Notes under the pieces: generated by a model | Told to the model about the DNA's origin: nothing | The model's database searches: none | The model's input: only the letters and a program-made list of their open reading frames with translations | Part shown: one piece after another, positions 1-10,527 of the stretch | How positions within the stretch are numbered: the first letter of the stretch is position 1 | Layout of the letters: every line of letters begins with the position of its first letter | Source: Nostoc sp. | GTDB taxonomy: Bacteria > Cyanobacteriota > Cyanobacteriia > Cyanobacteriales > Nostocaceae | Length of the DNA stretch: 64,000 bases | NCBI GenBank assembly: GCA_036918135.1 | Contig: JBALDB010000046.1 | Coordinates: 64,001 to 128,000, forward strand | Direction: 5' to 3' | Translations under genes and position numbers: made by a program

Positions 1-396
1 GTAGAAATGACGCTCCAGGAACAGGATATGTTTGCCTTAATGGGAATCTCTCCCTTGGTGAAATTGGAGCAAGAAGTTAAGAATTCCAAGTCTGTGATTA
101 TTAACGTAATTCAGCCCGGTCAACTGCCAACAACACCAACTGAATCAGTTCCAGAATCAACTACTGCTCAAAGAGCAACATCTGAACTTGCGCCCAGCAG
201 AATACCGATACCAAAGGTTATTGAGCCAGAACAAAAATCATTAATCCAAGAGACAGCTCAAGAGGCAACTGAACTATCAGGGTTTACTGACACTCCTTCA
301 GAAGGCTTGACGAACGTAGATGAGAGTGACGCTAATAGCACTGCTACTGCCAACCGTCGCCGCCGCCGTCGTTCCTCGGCGCTTGAGGACAATTAA
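1..396 (+). CDS. rne: Ribonuclease E, C-terminal non-catalytic tail (5'-truncated by the window edge)
   Basis: Low-complexity Pro/Thr/Glu tail ending RRRRRRSSA, the cyanobacterial RNase E PNPase-binding nonapeptide; directly upstream of rnhB as usual in cyanobacteria. Confidence 0.9.
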   Translation, partial: VEMTLQEQDMFALMGISPLVKLEQEVKNSKSVIINVIQPGQLPTTPTESVPESTTAQRATSELAPSRIPIPKVIEPEQKSLIQETAQEATELSGFTDTPSEGLTNVDESDANSTATANRRRRRRSSALEDN

Positions 397-404
397 TTTA
401 CCTT

Positions 405-1082
405 ATGGTAGAAATACAGCAAACAGCTCCCATTCGTTCGCCAACACCTTTGGAAAAATCCAGTTGGCTGGAGTTTTCTACCTTATCAGGGATTCCAGGA
501 CTAGTTGCAGGTGTAGATGAAGTAGGGCGAGGCGCTTTATTTGGGCCTGTGGTAGCGGCTGCGGTGATACTCCCAGATTGTGCTTTGCCAAAACTAATGG
601 CAGCCAAAATTCAAGACAGTAAAAAGTTATCTAGTCCAAGAAGAACTCAGCTAGCACAACAAATTTGTGAGCTAGCTGTAGATTGGAAAATTGGGTTTGC
701 TTCCAGTGCAGAAATTGACAAAATAAATATTCTGCAAGCGACGCTGTTAGCAATGAAGCGGGCTGTACTGAAGTTAAAGGTACAGCCTGTACTCTGCTTA
801 GTTGATGGCAATCAGTCAATCAAAGATTTGCTACTGCCCCAACAAACAATAGTCAAAGGAGACGAGCGATCGCTTACTATTGCCTCTGCTAGTATTGTCG
901 CCAAAGTTTGGCGTGACGATCTGATAATGCGTCTAGCATCAAAATACCCGATGTATAACTTGGAGTATAACAAGGGTTATGGTAGCCAGCACCACTTGCT
1001 AGCTCTGCAACAATACGGCCCTTGTCCCCTACATCGCAAGTCTTTTCGTCCTTGTCAAATCAAAATACTTGATAATAAGTGA
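405..1082 (+). CDS. rnhB: Ribonuclease HII
   Basis: AGVDEVGRG, DSKKL, LVDGN, KGD, ASIVAKV and NKGYG motifs. Confidence 0.97.
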   Translation: MVEIQQTAPIRSPTPLEKSSWLEFSTLSGIPGLVAGVDEVGRGALFGPVVAAAVILPDCALPKLMAAKIQDSKKLSSPRRTQLAQQICELAVDWKIGFASSAEIDKINILQATLLAMKRAVLKLKVQPVLCLVDGNQSIKDLLLPQQTIVKGDERSLTIASASIVAKVWRDDLIMRLASKYPMYNLEYNKGYGSQHHLLALQQYGPCPLHRKSFRPCQIKILDNK

Positions 1083-1090
1083 TTTAATAA

Positions 1091-1678
1091 TTACTCAGGA
1101 TTCAATATTGGTAATTCAGCACTCTCACCCTCAAGTTCTTTATCCTTTATTTGTGATATCACCCAGTAGTGATAATCTGCTAAAAGTTGATGTAATAAGC
1201 GTTGCTTGATTGTTAAGAGTACACTTTTGAGCAAACCATTGCCAGCAGCCTCTAAAATTGGCTTTGGAGTCAGAGAAAATGGCGGTGGCAGCTCCACCTG
1301 TACTTCCAAATCAGCTCTTCCTTGTAAACGAGTGCCAGTGCTTAACCGTTTGGGAGACAAATATCCTTTTAAATTGAGAGCAAAACGCTGATTAATAAAC
1401 TCGAAACCCAGGATTTCACAGCGTAGCGATCGCAAATAAATTATGCCATTTGATTCAGCCCAAACTCTCATATCTACAGTCGGTTGAATACTCACTGACA
1501 TAAAATTTAGCGGACGCATTTTCAAGCGAAATACGTCTTCAGAAAGTTGCTGAATTCGGGTATTGTCAACCAAAGCCTTAACCAGACGTTGAGGCTGACG
1601 TAAATAGTGTTGAATCGGAATAGACTCCTGTGGAACAGCGATTTCAACCGATTGGGAGGCAGTAAACCGGATAGCCAT
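1091..1678 (-). CDS. Conserved cyanobacterial protein (DUF1997-like)
   Basis: 195-aa ORF with IQHYLRQPQRLV and LPPPFSLTPKPILEAAGNGLL segments recalled for this family. Confidence 0.75.
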   Translation of the reverse strand: MAIRFTASQSVEIAVPQESIPIQHYLRQPQRLVKALVDNTRIQQLSEDVFRLKMRPLNFMSVSIQPTVDMRVWAESNGIIYLRSLRCEILGFEFINQRFALNLKGYLSPKRLSTGTRLQGRADLEVQVELPPPFSLTPKPILEAAGNGLLKSVLLTIKQRLLHQLLADYHYWVISQIKDKELEGESAELPILNPE

Positions 1679-1904
1679 GAGCAGATAAAAGTATTTGTTT
1701 CTTAATTTTAAGATTTTTTAATAAACTAAATCCAAATACACAAAAGTAGAAAGTTTATTTATACCTTTAGTCATATATATTAGGAGAGAATTAATTGCTC
1801 AAAGCTCTTTAGCAACCAGCTTTATACTCAGTATTAAGTACTTTGTACTTGAGTATACCAGATAAAATTTTTTTATAAATCCTCTCAATCCCAAGGCTAA
1901 AGAC

Positions 1905-2777
1905 ATGACTATATCGATCGCACATTTAGGACCTGCCGGCACTTACTCAGAACAAGCAGCTGTTTTTTATGCCAACTGGCTGGGCAAAAGTACGGGAGTT
2001 GAAGCTATGTTATGCCCCTATCCCAGTATCTCCCAATCACTGCACGCCGTTGCTAACGGTCGAGCACACTTGGCTGTTGTCCCGGTGGAAAATTCTATTG
2101 AAGGCAGCGTAACCATGACGCTAGATACAGTCTGGCAATTGGACGGGTTGCAAATTCAGTTGGCCTTGGTATTACCCATTGTCCATAATTTAATTTCTTG
2201 TGCGACTAGCCTAGATAACATTCAAACTGTTTACTCTCATCCACAAGCCTTGGCACAATGTCAGGTATGGTTAGAGCAATTCCTGCCAAGGGTACAGATT
2301 ATTGCAAATAATTCCACAACCGAAGTACTAGAGCGATTGGAACAAGATCCAACAATAGCAACGATCGCCTCTAGTAGAGCGGCTCAACTCTACAATCTAC
2401 CGATACTTGCCAGTGGTATTAACGATTATCCAGAAAACTTTACTCGTTTTTGGGTAGTAAGTCACCCTCAAGTAAACCCTGGCTCTGGAAGGTTAAAATC
2501 ACATGGTAGTCATACATCTCTAGCTTTTAGTGTACCTGCCAATATTCCAGGAGCGTTAGTCAAACCTTTACAAATATTTGCTCAACTAGGAATTAACCTA
2601 AGTCGGATTGAATCTCGTCCAACGAAGCGATCGCTAGGCGAATATTTGTTTTTCATTGATGTAGAAGCAGATACTAACCAAACACATATGCAATCTGCTT
2701 TGACCGAATTAAGTATTTACACAGAGATTCTCAAAATTATGGGCAGTTACAATGTTTTACCAGTAAGCGCTCTTTAG
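1905..2777 (+). CDS. pheA: Prephenate dehydratase
   Basis: LGPAGTYSE, VPVENSIEG, SHPQALAQC, TRF and the ACT-domain IESRP motif. Confidence 0.96.
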   Translation: MTISIAHLGPAGTYSEQAAVFYANWLGKSTGVEAMLCPYPSISQSLHAVANGRAHLAVVPVENSIEGSVTMTLDTVWQLDGLQIQLALVLPIVHNLISCATSLDNIQTVYSHPQALAQCQVWLEQFLPRVQIIANNSTTEVLERLEQDPTIATIASSRAAQLYNLPILASGINDYPENFTRFWVVSHPQVNPGSGRLKSHGSHTSLAFSVPANIPGALVKPLQIFAQLGINLSRIESRPTKRSLGEYLFFIDVEADTNQTHMQSALTELSIYTEILKIMGSYNVLPVSAL

Positions 2778-2837
2778 TAATTTATGCTTTATCTTTTGCA
2801 ATTATCAATGACCAATCACTGATAATTAAATAACTAC

Positions 2838-3488
2838 TCACGAGTTCTGATTAAATGTGTCTTTCAGAACAGCCCGAGCTGCCAAGTGATTACGAGTAGA
2901 AGTTAAAATTTCTGCTTCCCGCTCTAGTCGAGTTGCAGTATCTTGCATTTCTAGCAATAACTGTTGTTCTGCCGCAACACCATATAGGTTACTTGCTACC
3001 CAATAAGATAGCTCTATTGGCAGGTCGGGCAAATCATCTGGCAACTCTATATTTTGTTCGGTTAATTTGGCTGACAGACGCACAACATCCCGTAATAGTT
3101 GTTCTACTTCTGAAGACAAAGGTCGTAAATCTTTAGTTGGTGGGTGGTCTTCAATCCACTCTACTAAACCAACACGGTATGGCTTTTCACGAACGTATTC
3201 TAATACACGAAATCTTTGTTGCCCCAGAGTCAGCATTTTCATCCGGTCGTCTGGCAGCCGTTGATGATGAACGATTTCGGCGCAGCACCCAGTATTTGCA
3301 ATTGTACCTTTAACTGGATCGAACATCAGAACACCGAACCTGCGATCGCTCTCCAAAATTGTGTTCATCATGATTCGGTAGCGAAATTCAAAGATATGCA
3401 GGGGCAATGGTCTGGTAGGAAACAGAACTACTTCGGGTAACGGGAACAGAGGTAGTTCGCGAACTGCAATTTTAGAAGATGATGTCAT
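2838..3488 (-). CDS. Lon protease N-terminal (substrate-binding) domain protein
   Basis: LPLFPL..VLFP..LPLHIFEFRYR motif; no ATPase or protease domain. Confidence 0.9.
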   Translation of the reverse strand: MTSSSKIAVRELPLFPLPEVVLFPTRPLPLHIFEFRYRIMMNTILESDRRFGVLMFDPVKGTIANTGCCAEIVHHQRLPDDRMKMLTLGQQRFRVLEYVREKPYRVGLVEWIEDHPPTKDLRPLSSEVEQLLRDVVRLSAKLTEQNIELPDDLPDLPIELSYWVASNLYGVAAEQQLLLEMQDTATRLEREAEILTSTRNHLAARAVLKDTFNQNS

Positions 3489-3581
3489 TGTTACCTTAGT
3501 ATATACTTAATCTTTAAAATTTATTTTTCTCTGCTTTTCCCGTAATATGTCTACATTCTATCATTTGTTTTGCAGCTAAAT

Positions 3582-3611
3582 AAAAAGCCCTGAGATATAT
3601 TTCTTCAGGGC
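3582..3611 (-). terminator. Probable intrinsic terminator downstream of rpsJ
   Basis: GCCCTGA/TCAGGGC stem followed by TTTTT on the minus strand. Confidence 0.6.
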
Positions 3612-3630
3612 AAGGTAAATATTCATACTA

Positions 3631-3807
3631 ATGTCTTTTGTCATTTGTCCTTTGTCCTCTCTTACAAAGTTAAGGCAGTCCGTTGGCGGGGTTCCCCCGC
3701 TTAAAGGAACTGCCGTCTGTTCAGAGGAAACCTCGCAAGAGACTTTGCGCTTTGTCATTTGTCTTTCTTCTTCGACTAATGACTAATGACCAATAACTAA
3801 TGACTAA
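3631..3807. repeat. STRR heptamer arrays (TTTGTCM / ATGACTA) enclosing a 105-bp dispersed element (3651-3755)
   Basis: The element matches the reverse complement of 55822-55926 with one mismatch. Confidence 0.9.
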
Positions 3808-4125
3808 TTATAGTTTTACTTCAATATCTACACCCGATGGTAGATCCAATTTCATCAAGGCATCAATGGTTTTAGAAGATGGCTGGTAGATGTCAATAAT
3901 TCGGCGATGAGTACGGGTTTCAAAGTGTTCCCGTGAATCTTTATCTACGTGAGGCGATCGCAGCACACAGTAGATTCGGCGTTTTGTTGGTAAAGGAATT
4001 GGGCCTATAGCTGTAGCATTAGTGCGGTTAGCTGTATCTACAATCTTCTCGCAAGATGTATCTAGTAAGCGTCGGTCAAAAGCTTGTAAGCGAATTCTAA
4101 TTTTCTGCTGCTGTAGAGTTGCCAT
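3808..4125 (-). CDS. rpsJ: 30S ribosomal protein S10
   Basis: [17 protein letters not shown]...[13 protein letters not shown]; start moved to the ATG at 4125 because the ORF-track extension runs through repeat DNA. Confidence 0.98.
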   Translation of the reverse strand: MATLQQQKIRIRLQAFDRRLLDTSCEKIVDTANRTNATAIGPIPLPTKRRIYCVLRSPHVDKDSREHFETRTHRRIIDIYQPSSKTIDALMKLDLPSGVDIEVKL

Positions 4126-4240
4126 CTTTAATTGTCCAGGTTCTGCGTAATTAGGGGAGTAGTGAGTGGGGAGTGGGGATGAGAGAGACAGCATGTATGT
4201 TGATATCTTTTTTCCCTACTCCCTTTAATTAAAGGAATAG

Positions 4241-4278
4241 AAAGGAGCAGAGAGGCATCATACCATCTCTGCTCCTTT
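4241..4278 (-). terminator. Stable hairpin after tuf (terminator or processing site)
   Basis: 12-bp perfect stem AAAGGAGCAGAG/CTCTGCTCCTTT. Confidence 0.6.
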
Positions 4279-4296
4279 GTTATGAGCAAAAAGGTG

Positions 4297-5526
4297 CTAT
4301 TTCAGAATTTTGGAGACAACACCAGCACCGATGGTGCGACCACCTTCACGAATGGCGAAGCGCATTCCTTGTTCAATAGCGATCGGGTTGATCAACTCTA
4401 CTGTCATTTTGATGCGATCGCCTGGCATCACCATTTCAGCATCACTACCATCATCGGAAGTAAAGGTTTTGATAGTACCAGTTACATCAGTTGTCCGTAC
4501 GTAGAACTGAGGACGGTAACCAGCAAAGAATGGAGTCTTACGACCACCTTCTTTTTCTGTCAAAACGTATACTTCACCTTCAAATTGAGTGTGAGGCGTA
4601 ATCGAACCAGGTTTAGCAATTACCATACCCCGTTCAATATCAGCCTTTTGAATACCTCTGAGTAGTACGCCAGCGTTATCCCCTGCCATACCTTGGTCGA
4701 GACTCTTCTTGAACATCTCAATCCCAGTTACGGTGGTGGCGCGAGTATCTCTGATACCCACTAGTTCAACGTTATCGCCGACTTTTACTACGCCCCGTTC
4801 AATCCGACCAGTGGCAACAGTACCACGACCTGTGATGGAGAATACGTCTTCTACAGCCATCAGGAAGGGCTTATCAACATCCCGTTCGGGGGTAGGAATG
4901 TAAGAATCAACAGCATCCATCAGTTCGTAGATTTTGTCTACCCACTTATTTTCTCCCCGTTGGGTCTTGGGATTCTTGGTCATTGCTTCTAAAGCTTGCA
5001 GACCAGAACCTTTGATGATGGGGATGTCATCGCCAGGGAAATCGTAACTGGAAAGCAATTCCCGCAGTTCTAGTTCTACTAGTTCCAAAAGTTCTTCGTC
5101 ATCCATCAAGTCTTCTTTGTTCAAGAAGACAACCAAGCTAGGAACGCCGACCTGTTTTGCTAGCAGGATGTGTTCGCGGGTTTGGGGCATAGGACCATCA
5201 GTAGCAGCAACTACGAGGATGCCACCATCCATTTGGGCTGCACCAGTGATCATGTTTTTCACATAGTCAGCGTGTCCGGGACAGTCTACGTGAGCATAGT
5301 GCCGCTTTTCGGTTTCATACTCTACGTGAGCGGTATTAATTGTAATACCGCGCGCCTTTTCTTCTGGTGCATTATCGATTTGGTCGTAGCCCTTAGCTAC
5401 AGCCTGACCGAGAGCTGCCAAGGTCATAGTGATGGCTGCTGTCAAGGTAGTTTTACCGTGGTCAACGTGGCCAACTGTACCAATATTAATGTGGGGTTTA
5501 TTCCTTTCAAACTTTGCGCGTGCCAT
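4297..5526 (-). CDS. tuf: Elongation factor Tu
   Basis: [16 protein letters not shown] and NKED; full length. Confidence 0.99.
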   Translation of the reverse strand: MARAKFERNKPHINIGTVGHVDHGKTTLTAAITMTLAALGQAVAKGYDQIDNAPEEKARGITINTAHVEYETEKRHYAHVDCPGHADYVKNMITGAAQMDGGILVVAATDGPMPQTREHILLAKQVGVPSLVVFLNKEDLMDDEELLELVELELRELLSSYDFPGDDIPIIKGSGLQALEAMTKNPKTQRGENKWVDKIYELMDAVDSYIPTPERDVDKPFLMAVEDVFSITGRGTVATGRIERGVVKVGDNVELVGIRDTRATTVTGIEMFKKSLDQGMAGDNAGVLLRGIQKADIERGMVIAKPGSITPHTQFEGEVYVLTEKEGGRKTPFFAGYRPQFYVRTTDVTGTIKTFTSDDGSDAEMVMPGDRIKMTVELINPIAIEQGMRFAIREGGRTIGAGVVSKILK

Positions 5527-5548
5527 GAATCCTCGTTTCCTTTTTTAA

Positions 5549-7627
5549 TTAAGCGTTCCCTTTGCTTTTTGCAATGATAGTTTCAGCTACGCTCTTGGGC
5601 ACCTCTTCGTAATGGCTGAACTCCATCGTGAAGATACCACGACCTTGGGTCTTCGATCGGATATCAGTGGCGTAGCCGAACATAGTTGCCAGTGGAACTT
5701 TGGATGCCACCTTAGAGAGTCCCTGTTCAGTGCTTTGGCTTTCAATCTGCCCCCGGCGGGAGATGAGGTCGCCAATCACGTTCCCCATAAAGTCTTCAGG
5801 AACTTCCACTTCAACTTTCATCATAGGCTCTAATAGTACTGGTGAAGCTTTAAGCACAGCTTCTTTCATTGCCATTGAGCCAGCAATTTTAAAAGCCATT
5901 TCCGAAGAGTCTACATCGTGGTATGACCCATCAATCAGCGTTGCTTTGACATCAATCAATGGATATCCAGCCAGAACTCCTGATTCACAGCTTTCTTTCA
6001 TTCCTTGTTCTGCGGGGCCAATGTACTCTTTCGGTACAACACCACCAACAATTTTGGAGACGAACTCAAAACCACTGCCAGGATCTCCTGGCTGTAAATC
6101 GATTACAACGTGACCGTATTGACCTTTACCACCACTTTGGCGGATGAATTTACCTTCAACTCTAGTTACGTGCTTACGAATTGTTTCGCGGTAAGCTACT
6201 TGCGGCGCACCAACATTGGCTTCCACTTTGAATTCGCGTAACATCCGGTCTACCAGAATTTCTAAGTGTAGTTCTCCCATCCCGGCAATTACGGTTTGGT
6301 TGGTTTCTGGATCGACGCTGACGCGGAAGGTTGGGTCTTCTTCTGAGAGAGATTGCAGAGCTTTGGACAGTTTGTCCATGTCGTTCTTGGTTTTGGGTTC
6401 AACCGCTACCGAGATTACAGGCTCAGGAATGAATAGAGATTCTAGAATTACTGGCGAAGCATCATCACAGAGCGTGTCACCTGTCAAGGTGTCTTTCAAT
6501 CCTAAGGCTGCTCCTAAATCACCCGCACGCAATTCCTCGACATCTTGCCGTTCATCTGCCTTCATCAGAACTAAGCGGGAAATCCGTTCTTTTTTATTCT
6601 TAGTGGCGTTGAGAACGTAGCTACCTTTTTTCAACACACCAGAATAAACACGAACAAATGTCAGACGCCCGTAAGGGTCGGCCATAATCTTGAATGCCAG
6701 AGCCGATAGGGGTTCGTTGTCATCAGCCCGCCGCTCAACAGTATCGCCATTCGGCAATATGCCTTGAATTGGGGGTACTTCACTTGGTGCTGGCAGGTAA
6801 TCGACAACCGCATCCAGCATCAACTGCACGCCTTTGTTTTTAAACGCTGAGCCACAAAGCACTGGCACAATAGTGCCCGCAATTGTACCTTTACGTAAAG
6901 CAGTACGGATTTCGTCTTCTGTAAGTTCTTCACCCTCGAAGTACTTAGTCATCAGATCGTCATCGGTTTCTGCTACAGCTTCGATGAGCTTGGTACGGTA
7001 TTCTTCTACCAGCTCTTGCAAGTCAGCAGGGATATCCGTTTCTTGGATATCAGTTCCTTGGTCGTTGTTATAAATGTAGGCACGCAACCTTACCAGGTCA
7101 ATAATACCCTTGAAGTCGTTTTCGCTACCAATTGGCAGTTGAATGGCGATCGCATTTGCCCGCAAGCGATCGCGCATTTGCTCGTGAACTTTATAAAAGT
7201 TCGCTCCTGTACGATCCATCTTGTTGATGAAGGCGATCCGAGGCACTTTATAGCGGTCTGCTTGTCGCCATACTGTCTCTGACTGGGGTTGCACGCCGCC
7301 CACAGAACAAAATACTGCGATTACACCATCCAAAACGCGCATGGAACGTTCAACTTCAATTGTGAAGTCTACGTGACCCGGAGTATCGATAATGTTAATT
7401 TGATGATCTTTCCAACTGGTACTAATAGCAGCAGCAGTAATGGTAATTCCCCTCTCCCGCTCCTGCTCCATCCAGTCTGTGACGGCAGTTCCTTCATGAA
7501 CTTCGCCAATTTTATGAATTATCCCAGAGTAAAATAATATTCTCTCTGTTGTTGTTGTTTTGCCCGCATCTATATGCGCCGCAATACCGATGTTGCGTAC
7601 TTTCTCTAGCGGGATCGTGCGTGCCAC
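5549..7627 (-). CDS. fusA: Elongation factor G
   Basis: [17 protein letters not shown] and NKMD; 692 aa within the str operon. Confidence 0.99.
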   Translation of the reverse strand: MARTIPLEKVRNIGIAAHIDAGKTTTTERILFYSGIIHKIGEVHEGTAVTDWMEQERERGITITAAAISTSWKDHQINIIDTPGHVDFTIEVERSMRVLDGVIAVFCSVGGVQPQSETVWRQADRYKVPRIAFINKMDRTGANFYKVHEQMRDRLRANAIAIQLPIGSENDFKGIIDLVRLRAYIYNNDQGTDIQETDIPADLQELVEEYRTKLIEAVAETDDDLMTKYFEGEELTEDEIRTALRKGTIAGTIVPVLCGSAFKNKGVQLMLDAVVDYLPAPSEVPPIQGILPNGDTVERRADDNEPLSALAFKIMADPYGRLTFVRVYSGVLKKGSYVLNATKNKKERISRLVLMKADERQDVEELRAGDLGAALGLKDTLTGDTLCDDASPVILESLFIPEPVISVAVEPKTKNDMDKLSKALQSLSEEDPTFRVSVDPETNQTVIAGMGELHLEILVDRMLREFKVEANVGAPQVAYRETIRKHVTRVEGKFIRQSGGKGQYGHVVIDLQPGDPGSGFEFVSKIVGGVVPKEYIGPAEQGMKESCESGVLAGYPLIDVKATLIDGSYHDVDSSEMAFKIAGSMAMKEAVLKASPVLLEPMMKVEVEVPEDFMGNVIGDLISRRGQIESQSTEQGLSKVASKVPLATMFGYATDIRSKTQGRGIFTMEFSHYEEVPKSVAETIIAKSKGNA

Positions 7628-7767
7628 AATTACCTCCTATAGTTTTTGCCTCATGATATCTTGTATATTACTCTTTGTTAAGATTCTATACTTTTACGGA
7701 AAACCGTCTTTATTTTTGTCAATTTCACGATATACCGCTGATATGGAGCGATATATCGCTTTTCTGC

Positions 7768-8238
7768 TTAGTAGCGATAATGAGCAAATGCTTTATTCGC
7801 TTCCGCCATCCGGTGCGTTTCTTCGCGTTTGCGAATGGCATTTCCAGTTTCATTGGCAGCGTCCATTAACTCATTTGCCAATTTGCTGGCCATTGTACGC
7901 CCTGGTCTAGATCTAGAAAACTGCACCAGCCAACGTAGTGCTAGGGTAGTACCCCGTTCTGAACGCACTTCCATTGGTACTTGATAAGTTGCTCCGCCGA
8001 CGCGGCGAGCCTTGACTTCTACTAGAGGCGTAGCATTCCGCACTGCTCTTTCAAAAGTTTCTAAAGCATTATTACCAGTGCGTTCCTCAATAGTTTTTAA
8101 TGCATCATAAACAATCCTTGCGGCAAGCGATTTCTTGCCATGACGCATGATCCGCCTGATAATCATGCTCACAAGGCGACTGTTATATACGGAGTCAGAC
8201 GGAACTGGCCGCCTTTGAATAACACCACGACGAGACAT
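7768..8238 (-). CDS. rpsG: 30S ribosomal protein S7
   Basis: [11 protein letters not shown] and [15 protein letters not shown]. Confidence 0.99.
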   Translation of the reverse strand: MSRRGVIQRRPVPSDSVYNSRLVSMIIRRIMRHGKKSLAARIVYDALKTIEERTGNNALETFERAVRNATPLVEVKARRVGGATYQVPMEVRSERGTTLALRWLVQFSRSRPGRTMASKLANELMDAANETGNAIRKREETHRMAEANKAFAHYRY

Positions 8239-8258
8239 ACTTCACCTTTAATTCGGAT

Positions 8259-8356
8259 TTGGCAACGAAATTATATGCTATCAGACACCGGAAACTAAAA
8301 GCGGTGGAACCCAACCCTCAGACTTCCTCAATTTTTTCGAGCGTTGCAGTTGCCAA
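8259..8356 (-). promoter_or_regulatory. Candidate structured mRNA element just 5' of rpsG
   Basis: TTGGCAAC/GTTGCCAA closing stem around CACCG/CGGTG and CTCGA/TTGAG hairpins. Confidence 0.4.
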
Positions 8357-8513
8357 TTTTGAATTTGGGATTTGAGACTTGGGATTAAAAATTTTCGGTA
8401 CATATTCTGACGACAATCGTCAGAATAAATCAAAAATTAAGAGTCTGTAAGTCTCATTTACATCTGATTCAATAAATCCAAAATCGCAAATCTCAAATTT
8501 AAAATTGTTTGAC

Positions 8514-8704
8514 TTGCTACCTGCAACTAAAATATTCAAGGCGACAAGATTATAAACCTAATGTCCAAATGAGAATTCTGTTGTCGTTACAGCATTCTCC
8601 TCACAAATTCTACACTTGCTCGCTGAGTGTAGGGTGTAGCTTGCTTGATTGCTTCAAAGCAAATACAACAGCCTTGATGACTGCTGCTAAAACCCAGGTG
8701 GCGA
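8514..8704. ncRNA. Candidate ~190-nt multi-stem RNA in the rpsL-rpsG spacer
   Basis: Nested complementary segments (see findings); no known family recognised. Confidence 0.35.
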
Positions 8705-8732
8705 TCGCTTTTGTCCGTGAGCATTTTTGGCC

Positions 8733-8769
8733 TAGGCGATTAATCGTGTTTAATGCGATTAATCGCCTA
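8733..8769. repeat. Perfect 14-bp palindromic hairpin immediately after the rpsL stop
   Basis: TAGGCGATTAATCG / CGATTAATCGCCTA. Confidence 0.8.
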
Positions 8770-8772
8770 ATC

Positions 8773-9156
8773 CTATTTTTTCGCTTGTTTTGGACGCTTG
8801 GTTCCATACTTGGAACGACCTTGCTTGCGGTCTTTAACTCCGGCTGTATCTAAGGTGCCACGGATTATGTGGTATCTCACGCCTGGTAAGTCCTTAACCC
8901 GACCGCCACGAATCATCACAACTGAGTGTTCTTGTAAGTTATGACCAATCCCTGGAATGTAAGCTGTGACTTCAAACCCAGAGGTTAGTCTTACCCTTGC
9001 TACTTTGCGTAGAGCTGAGTTAGGCTTTTTTGGTGTAGTCGTGTATACTCTGGTACAAACTCCCCGCCGTTGGGGGCATTGTTTCAGAGCTGGAGACTTA
9101 GTTTTCTGACGCGCTTGTTCGCGTTCATTACGTATTAGCTGCTGTATTGTTGGCAT
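8773..9156 (-). CDS. rpsL: 30S ribosomal protein S12
   Basis: [18 protein letters not shown] and [12 protein letters not shown]. Confidence 0.99.
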   Translation of the reverse strand: MPTIQQLIRNEREQARQKTKSPALKQCPQRRGVCTRVYTTTPKKPNSALRKVARVRLTSGFEVTAYIPGIGHNLQEHSVVMIRGGRVKDLPGVRYHIIRGTLDTAGVKDRKQGRSKYGTKRPKQAKK

Positions 9157-9205
9157 GAGTTACAGCGCGTAAAGCTGCTTATGGTCTAAGTTTTAACAAA
9201 TCCTG

Positions 9206-9235
9206 ATTATATCGTTTTTTAGGGGTTCATGTCAA
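9206..9235 (-). promoter_or_regulatory. Consensus sigma-70 promoter of the str operon
   Basis: Minus strand TTGACA-N18-TATAAT, 50 bp upstream of the rpsL start. Confidence 0.8.
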
Positions 9236-9242
9236 TTATTAT

Positions 9243-9308
9243 TTGTCCTCTTTTACAAAGTTGAGGCAGTTTTTTGGCGCGGTTCCTCCGCTTAAAGGAA
9301 TTGCCGTT
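9243..9308. repeat. Degenerate, truncated copy of the 3651-3755 element
   Basis: TGTCCTCTTTTACAAAGTTGAGGCAGT...GCTTAAAGGAATTGCCGT. Confidence 0.75.
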
Positions 9309-9534
9309 AAGCTATTACTCGACTAATGTTAGTTGACTTGTATTCCTTATTTACAAGGTACTACGCTTAGCTTTGCTTTATTGTAGGGTTATCCGTAACT
9401 TTACACAAAAGTAAGTGGCGTCTGTACCCTACAGGATCTCAAAGCCAAAGGCTTAGAAACTCCGATTAGTTGCTCTGTTTACACAAAAGCGGCATTGGTG
9501 ATTTTCCGCTTTGTCCTTTGTTGTTAGCATAATG

Positions 9535-9633
9535 ACTAGTACACTGAGGCGTAAATAGAGCAACCATTTAAAATCCCTAAAAAGCCCAATCCATAATATT
9601 TTTGACTTTTGACTTCCGCCTTGCAGTACTAGT
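9535..9633. mobile_element. MITE-like element whose end supplies the stop codon of the HesB/IscA gene
   Basis: ACTAGTAC/GTACTAGT inverted termini (imperfectly extending to 17 bp); internal TTTTGAC heptamers. Confidence 0.55.
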
Positions 9634-9955
9634 GACTTATGGAGAAGGAATGACCACAAGTACAAGTAGCGATCGCCTGAGGGTTGTGGAAGCGAAAACC
9701 ACCACCCATTAAGTCTTCTGAATAATCCACTGTCAAGCCGTTGAGCTGATTTAAACTTTCAGCGTCTATGATGACTTGAATCTCGTCGAACTCAAAAACC
9801 CGATCGCCAACTTTTATTGCTCGATCGAAGGACATATCATAAAAGAACCCGGAACAGCCACCTGGTTTTACCGCGAATCGAAATAAAACATTTGGCTGCT
9901 GCTTGGACTTGATTCGCACGATTTCACTCGCGGCTGCTTGACTCAGATGAATCAT
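9629..9955 (-). CDS. HesB/IscA-family Fe-S cluster assembly accessory protein
   Basis: GGCSG and C-x-C-G-x-S-F motifs. Confidence 0.9.
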   Translation of the reverse strand: MIHLSQAAASEIVRIKSKQQPNVLFRFAVKPGGCSGFFYDMSFDRAIKVGDRVFEFDEIQVIIDAESLNQLNGLTVDYSEDLMGGGFRFHNPQAIATCTCGHSFSISH

Positions 9956-10153
9956 GAAATTCGTTTTTGCAACTAAATAACCTATCTTAATTCTACCGAT
10001 CGGTTGACCAATGCTTCTTGAGCGGATGCTACGTGTAGCTTACTTCTTATCTAGGTAGTAAGCTTGAATTCCAATTTAGAAAGACTCAATTTATACAGCA
10101 AAATTTAAACTTCAAAGTACGGATGAATATTTTTATTGAGTTTTGATTTTTGG

Positions 10154-10256
10154 TAAGGGACTGACAAATAAAAAATATCCTACTGTTCCCAGTTAACAGT
10201 CAACGGTCGACATTCATTAACTTCAAACAAGATAATTTATTTTTTGGAGTTCCCTA
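10154..10256. repeat. MITE-like repeat with imperfect inverted ends
   Basis: TAAGGGACTGACAAATAAAAAATATC ... GATAATTTATTTTTTGGAGTTCCCTA; a related end lies at ~18842-18870. Confidence 0.45.
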
Positions 10257-10527
10257 TATATCTTTGTTTTTAGTTAACGAGCTATTTTGTTTTAGAGAGT
10301 TGTGAGGGTGTAGGTATTTCTTTATATAGAAGAAAAAATTGCCTATTGTTAGTTGCGGACAGAGCGATCGCTCTTACTACATATTACTATATTTATAGCA
10401 CTAACACACCACAAGTCCCTACCAACAGTTGAGGTAGGAACTTTTGGTGCGTAGTAGTTACTAAAGACACTTTGTACAAAAATATATTTAGTTTTTGGAG
10501 CAGAGCTTTTATAGCATTCTTTTAGTT

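Noticed and set aside
1823..1857. TATACTCA/TGAGTATA inverted repeat in the pheA divergent promoter
   Set aside because: Single AT-rich occurrence that I cannot assign to any regulator.
3576..3758. 60-aa ORF, similar to 55773-55988
   Set aside because: The similarity comes from the shared 105-bp repeat read on opposite strands; not credible genes.
4282..7910. Many + strand ORFs opposite tuf, fusA and rpsG
   Set aside because: Antisense shadows of codon-biased genes, with no recognisable motifs.
8509..8853. ORFs 8509-8853 (+) and 8610-8807 (-) in the rpsL-rpsG spacer
   Set aside because: They overlap rpsL, use weak starts and have no protein-like features; RNA structure explains the region better.
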